Source: an uncultured Bacteroidales bacterium
Lineage (GTDB): Bacteria; Bacteroidota; Bacteroidia; Bacteroidales; UBA11471
Assembly (NCBI GenBank): GCA_947593515.1
Contig: CANQDQ010000003.1
Location: 22,497 to 86,496, forward strand
Reading direction: 5' to 3'
DNA: 64,000 nucleotides
How positions within the stretch are numbered: the stretch's first letter is position 1; each line of letters starts with the position of its first letter. Below, one piece after another: positions 9,615-18,236 of this stretch. The notes under the pieces were generated by a model. The model made no database searches, was not told where the DNA came from, and saw nothing but the letters and a program-made list of their open reading frames with translations. Both the position numbers and the translations under genes were made by a program.

Positions 9615-9655
9615 ATAAAAAAGGCAGCAACAAAAATGTTGCTGCCGAAATATTT
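9615..9655. terminator. bidirectional intrinsic terminator between convergent genes
   Basis: Stem GGCAGCAAC/GTTGCTGCC with an A run on the left and a T-rich stretch on the right. Confidence 0.7.
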
Positions 9656-9676
9656 TACTTTTTCTTATCGTCAAGG

Positions 9677-11050
9677 TCATTTTATGCCGGGCAAGGCATC
9701 GAAGCAGGCGCGTATATCGGGCGACGAGGGTCGCAGAGCGTTTTCATCGACGATATTTCCGTCGGGGTCGAGCAAGATGAAACGGGGTATGCCGTTCACC
9801 TTGTAGAGCTTCGTAAAAGAGGACGACGAACCCAAATAGAGTTGGGTACCCGTCATCGTCTGTTTTTCGAGAAAATCTTTCCATTCGGCGCTGCGTTCAT
9901 CGACAGAGAGGGAAACGAAAGCGATGTTCCGTCCCTCGTATTCCTGCTCCAATTTCCGCAAGAAAGGTATTTCGCGGCGACACGGCATACACCATGTAGC
10001 CCACAAGTCGATATAGAGGTAGCGACCTTTGAAATTTTCGAGGGTATAGGGGGTGCCGTCTTTGTCGAAGGCACGGAAATCGGGCGAAGGCTTGCCTTTG
10101 CGCACGACGTCCCACCGGTCGTACTTTTCACGGAAAGCCGCCTGCAACACGGGATCGGTAACGAATGTGCGGTGGTAATTGAGCAGGTCGTCGATGCCGT
10201 CAATACCGTACTGCTCGACCTGTTCTACCGCCAACACGTTAAGAAGGTTTTGCAAGACGACTTCATCGGCGAGCCGGTCGATCAGAAATTCCATTTCGCA
10301 CAACGTCTTTTTATACGGGTCGGTGATGCGCTGCCCGCGCGCCGAAAGCACGTAAGCCGCCTCTTTCATGTATTCGCGATACTCTTTGAGTCCGACCAAG
10401 TCGCGGTCTTCGCGCACATAGGCGGCAATGGCATCGTAATAGGCACTATCGGGACGATACGAAGCGTCCTGCGTTACAGCGGTGTGTCCGACGGGATACA
10501 TGAGCAGCATCGACGCCAAAGCGTAGCGAATGCGATTTTCCTCGATTTTGGCGAAGAGAGGTGAAACGGCATCGAGTTTCCACGCTTTCAACAGGCGGAG
10601 CGCCGTGCGCTCTTTCGAAACGAGCAGCGCCGCGTAGTCGTCGAACGGCAGGGCGAAATCGTCGTTCGACAAGGCGGACAGCGATATTTCGTTGAGATAC
10701 TTGCATATTTTTTCTTTGGCGGGATTGTTCCCGACCCGGAAAGCGAATGTTTCGCCGAAATTTTTTCCGTCGAAAGCGATTTCTATTTTGTCGCCGTCTT
10801 CGAGAAAAATTTTCTTGCTATCCATACCGTAGTAAAAGTCGGCATGAACGGCAGGGAGATTTTCGAGTACGCACTCGCCGTGCCCTTTCTCATCGAGAGG
10901 TATTTCGACAATCGTGGTCTGATAGACGAGTACGGCTTGCGAACGGGTCTTGTCGGCATCATCGACCGAAAGATGAATGGCGGCGCCGGTATTTGCAACT
11001 CCGGCACCCAAAAGGACAACGAAACTTGTTATTGCTGTCAAATATTTCAT
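9677..11050 (-). CDS. TlpA/AhpC-TSA family thiol-disulfide oxidoreductase (exported)
   Basis: 457 aa with a signal peptide. It has an intact thioredoxin motif 'LWATWCMPCRREIPFL' (CXXC encoded at 9980-9991). It is the last gene of the SusC/D operon. Confidence 0.85.
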   Translation of the reverse strand: MKYLTAITSFVVLLGAGVANTGAAIHLSVDDADKTRSQAVLVYQTTIVEIPLDEKGHGECVLENLPAVHADFYYGMDSKKIFLEDGDKIEIAFDGKNFGETFAFRVGNNPAKEKICKYLNEISLSALSNDDFALPFDDYAALLVSKERTALRLLKAWKLDAVSPLFAKIEENRIRYALASMLLMYPVGHTAVTQDASYRPDSAYYDAIAAYVREDRDLVGLKEYREYMKEAAYVLSARGQRITDPYKKTLCEMEFLIDRLADEVVLQNLLNVLAVEQVEQYGIDGIDDLLNYHRTFVTDPVLQAAFREKYDRWDVVRKGKPSPDFRAFDKDGTPYTLENFKGRYLYIDLWATWCMPCRREIPFLRKLEQEYEGRNIAFVSLSVDERSAEWKDFLEKQTMTGTQLYLGSSSSFTKLYKVNGIPRFILLDPDGNIVDENALRPSSPDIRACFDALPGIK

Positions 11051-11062
11051 AACGCAGTTTTT

Positions 11063-12652
11063 TTATTCACGATAAATGACATCGACGATGGGAGCGAATC
11101 CGCGTCCGATTTCTTCGGGCTGCGCATTCGCAAAATCGCCTTCGTTCCCGAAACCGTCGTACACGCGCAACACGCCTTCGCCATCGGCGGTAGTGCTGCC
11201 GACAAGCAGGTCATAGCTGCGATTTTCGGGGTCGTCGCCGACAAAGAGATTGAATTTGAGCAGGGTTATATCTTCGTCGCCCAAGTCGAGCTGCAACACG
11301 GCTTCGGGTTTTGCAGCGGTGAAATTGACGGCATATATCTTGCTGCCCACCGAATAGTAGAACATTGTTTTCAGCGAACTGAACGCAAAATGCGAAGCCT
11401 GCGCAATATCGGTGCAAGAAGAAACATCGACGTAATAGGCTTTTTCGTATGCCGTACCGTATTTGTCCACCCCGTCGAGAATGCCGACCAAATCACCCAA
11501 TATGATACCGTAAAGGTAACGGGAATCGCCTTTGGCAAGTATGGCATAAGAAACCCCGCTCCCCGTCTGGTTCTTGTCGTAACGGGTATTTTCGAGACAG
11601 CACAACGTCATGTTGTCGGAGCGTTTAGGCCAACTGAAAAGGGCATCGTTGGTCGCCACAAAACCCAAGCCCACCAAATCGGACATGGGAATATCGCCGG
11701 TCGCATACAGCGGCATACCGAGCGACGCGAACTGGTCGGTGCAGACGAAAAAGGTCTTGTTGGTAACGTCCCACAACATGAACAACGGCATAAATTGTTC
11801 CGCCAACACATTGCAGCCTACGGCAGGCCACTTCCGGAAACCGGTATAGACACCCGGCATATTTTTACGTGCTCCGCCGAAAAGTCCGTCGCCCATCAAT
11901 GTGTTGCAATAATAGGAATATCCCGTATTGTCGATGAGCATTTTGCCCGGATATTCATTTATCAAAAACGCCACCTTTTTGGTAAATTGGGCACCGGAAA
12001 ATTCATTGCTTATCATGTACGACTCGTTCCATTGAAATTCATTGTCGCTGAGACGGGTGGTACCGCTGCCCGAAACGAGATAGAAAGGTTCCGCCATATC
12101 GGGGGCATAGACCAGTTGGCGGGGGTCCTGCCAATTTTCGAGTTCGGTTTCCCGCAACAAATCATGGTAAGTTTCGCCGGTGATGTGGGAAATCATATCC
12201 AGACGCACCCGTCCGTTGTCGGAACAAAGCGCCAGCCAGCCGCGCGAAGTGGTGGTTTTCACCTCCAAATCGGAAATGCGGCGATAGAAATAGCCGGCAT
12301 CTTTTTCCTTGACGGTAAACGCCAGTTTGTACATACCGGGCACCAACGACACATAATAATCGAGATTCCGTTCCGAGCCTATGACGACGGGAGTATCCGT
12401 ACCGGCAGTTTCATACACTTTCCACTCGTAATCGTAGGCATCGGGCGAAAACCCACGCCCCGAAAGGTCGGGCACAATGGAAAGCGTATCGCGTATCAGC
12501 ACCGAATAGGCATCGTCCATTACAATCGCCACCTCATCGAGCTCCACATAATCGTAATTGCCCTTGTCGCCGTAGCACGCCGGCAAAAGAGCCGTCGCCA
12601 CCGACACAAGAAACAAGTATATTTTCCGACAGTTTTTCATACTCTTTTTCAT
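11063..12652 (-). CDS. PKD-like family surface lipoprotein (SusC/D-associated)
   Basis: 529 aa with lipobox 'LLPAC'. It sits in the recurrent Bacteroidota order SusC-SusD-DUF4843-PKD-like-TlpA. The family call is from synteny and memory, not a search. Confidence 0.5.
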   Translation of the reverse strand: MKKSMKNCRKIYLFLVSVATALLPACYGDKGNYDYVELDEVAIVMDDAYSVLIRDTLSIVPDLSGRGFSPDAYDYEWKVYETAGTDTPVVIGSERNLDYYVSLVPGMYKLAFTVKEKDAGYFYRRISDLEVKTTTSRGWLALCSDNGRVRLDMISHITGETYHDLLRETELENWQDPRQLVYAPDMAEPFYLVSGSGTTRLSDNEFQWNESYMISNEFSGAQFTKKVAFLINEYPGKMLIDNTGYSYYCNTLMGDGLFGGARKNMPGVYTGFRKWPAVGCNVLAEQFMPLFMLWDVTNKTFFVCTDQFASLGMPLYATGDIPMSDLVGLGFVATNDALFSWPKRSDNMTLCCLENTRYDKNQTGSGVSYAILAKGDSRYLYGIILGDLVGILDGVDKYGTAYEKAYYVDVSSCTDIAQASHFAFSSLKTMFYYSVGSKIYAVNFTAAKPEAVLQLDLGDEDITLLKFNLFVGDDPENRSYDLLVGSTTADGEGVLRVYDGFGNEGDFANAQPEEIGRGFAPIVDVIYRE

Positions 12653-13449
12653 TCGCTATATACCGGAGTAAAATCGAGAAGATTGCCATTTTCATCAAGA
12701 GCGTCTTCATCGACCTTGCCGGGAGACCACCCGCGCATGATAGCCTCTTGTTCATACATATATTCGTTCACGGACTGCGCCATATAGATCCATTGATTGA
12801 ACGGTATCAAGTAACGTTGATAATAGTTTTCGCGGGGAATATAGTCAAACAGTTTCCACAACAGACGTAACTTGCGCTCGGAAAACACGCCGACATATTC
12901 GGGACGCCACCCTTCGGGCGCCATACTGAAAAAATTGGAATAGGCGATGCGGTAATGCAACATATCGACATAGGGATATTCGCTGTCTCCGGTGGCGCTT
13001 TTCTCCAAAAAAGTTTCGAAATATTCATTCGCCCGCAATTCAAGATTGACAATTTTTATTTCCGAAGAAAGGGCGTCTGTCTTTTTCACGCGCACATGGT
13101 AGATAAACTGCGAAGTGTGCGCCGGCATGAGAGCGGGAGTTATCAGCTCGTAGTCGATGCCCTCCACAGCATTGTCCGACGAAACCCGTATATCGACAGG
13201 ACGGTCGATGTCAGCCTGCCAGCCGACCGACTGCACGACAACGGGAACGTCGATATACTCGACGCTGTCAGGCTGGTAAACGAAAGTCGTCGTAAGGGTA
13301 TCGACAAGGGCGTTACCTGTGGTACGGTTGTTGAAATAAATACCGTCGGGCGCACCGTACGGGTCGGGCGTACTCTCCTTGCAGGAGCACATCGCCCACA
13401 CCGGCAACAGCAGTACAGCGGCTATTTTCATTATTTTTCTCATAGACAT
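12649..13449 (-). CDS. DUF4843-like lipoprotein (SusC/D-associated)
   Basis: 266 aa with lipobox 'WAMCSC'. It has a 4-nt overlap with the downstream gene and lies directly after SusD. Confidence 0.55.
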   Translation of the reverse strand: MSMRKIMKIAAVLLLPVWAMCSCKESTPDPYGAPDGIYFNNRTTGNALVDTLTTTFVYQPDSVEYIDVPVVVQSVGWQADIDRPVDIRVSSDNAVEGIDYELITPALMPAHTSQFIYHVRVKKTDALSSEIKIVNLELRANEYFETFLEKSATGDSEYPYVDMLHYRIAYSNFFSMAPEGWRPEYVGVFSERKLRLLWKLFDYIPRENYYQRYLIPFNQWIYMAQSVNEYMYEQEAIMRGWSPGKVDEDALDENGNLLDFTPVYSE

Positions 13450-13453
13450 TTCG

Positions 13454-14944
13454 TTATTGGCGGTTTTCGGTTTCGGTATCGGGCATGGGTATCACGTAAA
13501 GTTTCTCCGAACGGGAAACCGTTTCGTCGCCCATATCCGAAAACTTTACCGTAATATTTCTATAATTTCTTTTGTAATAATAGAAAATCTGACCTTCGCC
13601 ATAAAGTTCGCGCACGAGTTCATATTCCCATCTTGCCCGGATATATCCCGATTCCCGCAGCGAAGAGACACCCCGATGCTCGCGGAGGAGATTGACCCAT
13701 TTCACACTTTCCGATTTGTCGTTATTCTGCAAATACAAATCGGCAATAATCAAGTACATTTCACCCAATCGTATCATGGGAATCATGGTGTTGCGAAGGA
13801 GGGACACGTCGGGCAGGTCAGCAAACTTGTAGAAAGCATAGGACTCGCCTATCTTCGACCAGTTGGCAATATAGCGGTAGTCGTCGGTAGAGCCGCCATA
13901 CTCGCCACCGAAATAGATGGTTTCGAGGTTGGAAGGCACTATCGTAAAGTAGGGACGCGGCACCAGCGAGGGGTCGAAATTGACTTTGAACAGTTGTCCG
14001 CGATTGACATTCGTCAAAGCAAAGATGCATTCGGTATGGAAAATGCGGTCGGGATTTTCGGGCGAGCCGAGTACCAACGAGCGATCGACGAAAGGAAATT
14101 TCTGCGAAGAAATCACCGTGTCAGCGCAGGCGATGGCGTTCTCGATATATTGCGGGGTATTCTCCGAAGTTTCATCGGAAGCGGCATAATAATAGACGCG
14201 CGCCAAGAGGGCTTGCACGGCATAATAGTTGAGCCGCAGCGCCCGATAGGCGGTGAACACGGAGCCGTCGGCGGGTGCGGGAGCCAGCGGGTCGTCGGTG
14301 AATATCGGGTCGTTTTGCAGACAGCAGGCGGCTTCGTTGAGGTCGTCGAGCAGGCGTTGTATCACTTCGTTGGCGGGCAACAGCTCCTGTACCTGCAAAT
14401 CGGTGGTCGTGCAGTAAGGTATGCTTATTCCTTCGGGGTCGTTTTTATAGACCGGACCGAAAAGGCGGAACATGTCGAAATGCAGCAGCGCCCGCAACGC
14501 CAGCGCTTCGCCCCGTATGAGGTTGTAGTTGTCGCCGGTGAAAACTTCGCGGTGCAGCTCCATGTTTTCGAGCAGCGTATTGCAGTTGCGTATGAGGGCG
14601 TAGGCTTTGTTCCACGTATCATCGAAACGGCGGCGCCAATAGTCGCTCGTGAAATTGCGGTCGCGCAGATTGATGTAATCGCCCCAATACGTGGGGTCAT
14701 CGTCTATCTTGTAATTGTATGCCAGAAGCTCCACCATCTCCACCGTCAGGGTGCGACCGTAGAGGGCATCGTCGTTGAGGTCGATATAGATGCCGTTGAG
14801 CAGGCGTTGGAATCCGCTCTCCGTAGAGAAAAGTTCGCTTTCGGAAATTTTGTCGTAGGGCTGTACGTCGAGCCACTTGCTGCACCCCGTCATCGTCATG
14901 GCAAGGAGGCATATTGCTGCGTATGTTATATATCTTTTCATCAT
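13454..14944 (-). CDS. susD: RagB/SusD family nutrient-binding lipoprotein
   Basis: 496 aa. The N-terminus 'LAMTMTGCSKWLDVQPYDKISESELFSTESGFQRLLNGIY' is typical of SusD. It lies immediately downstream of SusC. Confidence 0.9.
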   Translation of the reverse strand: MMKRYITYAAICLLAMTMTGCSKWLDVQPYDKISESELFSTESGFQRLLNGIYIDLNDDALYGRTLTVEMVELLAYNYKIDDDPTYWGDYINLRDRNFTSDYWRRRFDDTWNKAYALIRNCNTLLENMELHREVFTGDNYNLIRGEALALRALLHFDMFRLFGPVYKNDPEGISIPYCTTTDLQVQELLPANEVIQRLLDDLNEAACCLQNDPIFTDDPLAPAPADGSVFTAYRALRLNYYAVQALLARVYYYAASDETSENTPQYIENAIACADTVISSQKFPFVDRSLVLGSPENPDRIFHTECIFALTNVNRGQLFKVNFDPSLVPRPYFTIVPSNLETIYFGGEYGGSTDDYRYIANWSKIGESYAFYKFADLPDVSLLRNTMIPMIRLGEMYLIIADLYLQNNDKSESVKWVNLLREHRGVSSLRESGYIRARWEYELVRELYGEGQIFYYYKRNYRNITVKFSDMGDETVSRSEKLYVIPMPDTETENRQ

Positions 14945-14955
14945 ACCTTCTTTTT

Positions 14956-17900
14956 TTAGAATGTTGCCGACAGCGAGAACGAAACCGTGCGGGCAAAGGG
15001 GTAATCGATACCGCGCTCGGCTTTTACAGTCGAAATATAGAATATATCGTTCATGTTGGCTTGTAAAGTGAGGGACGAAAGTTTCGCCTTGCCGATAAGC
15101 GACTTCGGAAATTCATAACCGATCGTGAACGATTCGCCGCTGAGCGTGTTTTCGTCCATGACGAAACGCGAGGACTTTTCGGTGCGCTGCACCAAAGAGA
15201 TGCCTTTGAAACGGGCGTCTTGCCCCGGCTCCGACCAACGGTCGTAAAGGGCGCGCCGGTCTTGGTTGTAGGCGATGCTCGTAATGTCGATGTTCTCCAC
15301 TTTGTCGTAAAGGGCGTAGTTGAAGGTCTGCCCGCCCAAGCGATAACGCAGATAGGCTCCCAACGAAAATCCTTTCCAATAGAACGTCGTACCGATGACG
15401 CCCTCGACTTTGGGTCGGGTGTCGCCCACGACCACTTCGTCGCTGACATCGTAGGTGAACGAATAGGTGCCGTCTTTGCGTATGAACAACTCCTGTCCCG
15501 TAGCGGGGTCGATGCCGGCGGAACGCACCGCCCATATCGCCGTAGGACTTCCGCCGTCGTAGTAACGGGTGGTCGCCGTAGCAGAAGCCTGCCCTTCTTT
15601 GTTCAACTCGCTCAACGAGTTGCCTATATTGGCATACCATGCTTTGTCTGCCGCAGCGCTCAAACTGATTGTCCAGTTGATGCCCTTACGGAGGTTGTAA
15701 ACGGGCGATACGCGCACAGTCGTTTCCAAACCGTTGGTATGCTGCTCGCCCGCATTCATGGCAACGCTTTTCACACCGACAGAACCCGGCACGGTAAGTA
15801 CCGCCAAGAGCGGATTGGTGATTTTGCGGAAGAGGTCGAAATTGAAACTGAACCGGTTGTCGAACATCGCAGCATCAAGACCGACGGTGTAAATATAGGT
15901 TTCCTGCCACTTCAAGTCGGGGTTTCCCAACGAGGAGATAAGCACGCCCGCCCCGAAGACATTGGTCATCATGCTGTTGAACATATAGGTGGTAAACGCC
16001 TGATATGCCGAAAAATTCTGGTTGCCCGGATTGCCCACCGACGCTCTCGGTTTGAGCAAAGAGATGACCGACTGCGAGCGCATGAATTTTTCATTGTGCA
16101 TATTCCAGCCTACGCCCACCGACCACGTGTCGCGGAAACGGTTGTTCGTCCCGAACATCGACGCGCCGTCTTTGCGGTAATTGACGTCGATGAGATAACG
16201 GTTGTCGTAGGCATAGCCGCCATTAATATAGAAACTGGCGGCACGGGTGGTGCTTTCGGAATAAGCGGGCTTTCCGCCGTTGGCATAACGGTTGGCGAAA
16301 GAGGGTGCGGCAAACTGGTCTTCGGTGAATCCGACTGCCGTATAGCCGTTGGAAACGGCTTTGGAATTTTCAAAGTTGAAGCCGCCAACGAGATTCAACA
16401 GATGTTTTTCTCCGAAAAGCTGTCCGTAGGTAATCGCGATGTCTCCTTCATATCCCAATTCGTCGGAGTCGGAATGCCGATACGACCCTTTCTCTGTTTC
16501 GCTCGCGCTGTCGAAATCGGTGTGCAGGGGCGAGAGGCGGGCATCGGTTTTCATATTGTCTTTCGTCAGACCGAATTTCGCCCGCACCCGCAAATGGTCG
16601 GTGGCAAAATATTCGGCAATGAAGTTGTTGGTGAAATTGAACTCCTTGCCTTTGTCGTAATTGTTGAGGTGGGCATTCCACAAAGGATTGACCACCGGCG
16701 AATCGTCGGCGCCCTCTTCGGGATAATAGAGGTATTTGTCGATTCCGCCGTCGGCATTGTATTTCCGGTAATAGGGGTCTGCCATGGCGTATTCCGAGAA
16801 CGGCACGACGGGGTCTTCGGTACCTACATAATTCAAGGTGAGTTTGTTACTGAACTGAAATTTTCCGGTGCGGTATATCAAATCGATGTTCCCGCTCAAC
16901 GTGCGGCGGTCGGAGCCTTTCATGACGCCCCGAATGTTGCCGTAGCTAAGCCCGATGCCGTAACGCACCCGCTCCTCGCCGCCTTCGGCGTAAATGTTGT
17001 GTTTTTGCGTGAAACCGGTGCGCAGCGGCTCGCTCAACCAATAGGTATCGACGCCGCGCGCCACTTCTTTCAAGCGTTCGTTCCGCAGATTTTCCAGCCG
17101 GAGCTGGTTGAGAGGATTGCCCGAACGGTCGGTATAGAAACCTGCCAAATCCTCAAAACGGATTTTCTCGGAGGCATTCATCAGGTTATAATCGGTGAGA
17201 TCGGCCATCGTTACGCCGAAATCGCCCTTGTAACTCACGCGCAGGCGACCGTTGGCGGGGCGCACGGTCTCGATGACCACGACGCCGTTGGCGGCTTTGG
17301 AGCCATAAATGGCGGTGGAGGCGGCGTCTTTAAGCAACGTAACGGAGGCTACCCTGTTCATGTTCAAGTCGGTAACCACTTCGAGCGTGGTCTCGAATCC
17401 GTCCAAAATAAACAGCGGCTGGTTGGGGTCGGTACCGTACTCCTCTTTCAAGCCCATGATGCTGCTTTTGCCGCGAATCTCGATGTCGGGCATACGGTTG
17501 GGGTCGGAACCGAACTGCACGTTATCGACGATTTTGAAAGCCGGGTCGAGCGTGCGCAAACTTTGCAACACGTTGGACGTGCCGACCTGTTTGAGTTCAT
17601 CTCCGGTGAACGTCGTGGTCGAGCCGGTAAAACTCTCCTTGCTGCGGGTATATATACCGGTTACGACGACCTCTTTCATCGTCTTCGCCGTCGGCACCAT
17701 GACCACGCGGGAGAAATCGCGCAAAGTCGAGGCAGAAAGTTTCATCGTCTTCTTTTCCATACCGATGTAGGTAAAAACGACCGCATATTCACCTTTCGGC
17801 AGGGAGAAAGCGAATTTGCCGTCGACATCGGTGGCGAGTACGATTTTCGTCCCTTCGACAGCAACGGAAACGCCTATCAATGGTTCTTCCGTTTCCTGTT

Positions 17901-18021
17901 CATACACCCGACCTTTTACTTCCATCGTTTCGGGCTGCTGCGCTCCGGCTGCGGCAAACGAAAAAATCGAGATGATGACAAACGTGATGTATTTCGCATA
18001 ATATGACAGCGTGTCTCTCAT
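14956..18021 (-). CDS. susC: SusC/RagA family TonB-linked outer-membrane transporter
   Basis: 1021 aa. Carboxypeptidase-regulatory-like N-domain 'VKGRVYEQETEEPLIGVSVAVEG', plug and barrel, terminal 'SFSLSATF'. Confidence 0.93.
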   Translation of the reverse strand: MRDTLSYYAKYITFVIISIFSFAAAGAQQPETMEVKGRVYEQETEEPLIGVSVAVEGTKIVLATDVDGKFAFSLPKGEYAVVFTYIGMEKKTMKLSASTLRDFSRVVMVPTAKTMKEVVVTGIYTRSKESFTGSTTTFTGDELKQVGTSNVLQSLRTLDPAFKIVDNVQFGSDPNRMPDIEIRGKSSIMGLKEEYGTDPNQPLFILDGFETTLEVVTDLNMNRVASVTLLKDAASTAIYGSKAANGVVVIETVRPANGRLRVSYKGDFGVTMADLTDYNLMNASEKIRFEDLAGFYTDRSGNPLNQLRLENLRNERLKEVARGVDTYWLSEPLRTGFTQKHNIYAEGGEERVRYGIGLSYGNIRGVMKGSDRRTLSGNIDLIYRTGKFQFSNKLTLNYVGTEDPVVPFSEYAMADPYYRKYNADGGIDKYLYYPEEGADDSPVVNPLWNAHLNNYDKGKEFNFTNNFIAEYFATDHLRVRAKFGLTKDNMKTDARLSPLHTDFDSASETEKGSYRHSDSDELGYEGDIAITYGQLFGEKHLLNLVGGFNFENSKAVSNGYTAVGFTEDQFAAPSFANRYANGGKPAYSESTTRAASFYINGGYAYDNRYLIDVNYRKDGASMFGTNNRFRDTWSVGVGWNMHNEKFMRSQSVISLLKPRASVGNPGNQNFSAYQAFTTYMFNSMMTNVFGAGVLISSLGNPDLKWQETYIYTVGLDAAMFDNRFSFNFDLFRKITNPLLAVLTVPGSVGVKSVAMNAGEQHTNGLETTVRVSPVYNLRKGINWTISLSAAADKAWYANIGNSLSELNKEGQASATATTRYYDGGSPTAIWAVRSAGIDPATGQELFIRKDGTYSFTYDVSDEVVVGDTRPKVEGVIGTTFYWKGFSLGAYLRYRLGGQTFNYALYDKVENIDITSIAYNQDRRALYDRWSEPGQDARFKGISLVQRTEKSSRFVMDENTLSGESFTIGYEFPKSLIGKAKLSSLTLQANMNDIFYISTVKAERGIDYPFARTVSFSLSATF

Positions 18022-18202
18022 TTTGTTTCCAATTATTTCTTGCTGTGGGCAAAGATAAGAAAAGCAAAATCAATTCAAAATAAAAACCGAATAAACATGC
18101 AAAAATTTAACAACTATCAAATAGCAAGGCTCTTTTTTACCTTTTTACAATCTAAAATTTATTAAAACATCTGTTTTCCGCCCTTTTATCGCACAGATTA
18201 GC

Positions 18203-18210
18203 TATCTTTG
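18203..18210 (+). promoter_or_regulatory. -7 box TAtcTTTG for the lptD-like gene
   Basis: Exact TAnnTTTG match 27 nt upstream of the TTG start at 18237. Confidence 0.45.
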
Positions 18211-18236
18211 CAAGTTAATTCCGATAGTGTGCGAAT

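Noticed and set aside
10844-12787. 647-aa + ORF; also 13379..14959 (+, 526 aa) and 15220..18006 (+, 928 aa)
   Set aside because: These are antisense shadows of the PKD-like, SusD and SusC genes. The minus-strand products have lipoboxes, signal peptides and family signatures; these do not.
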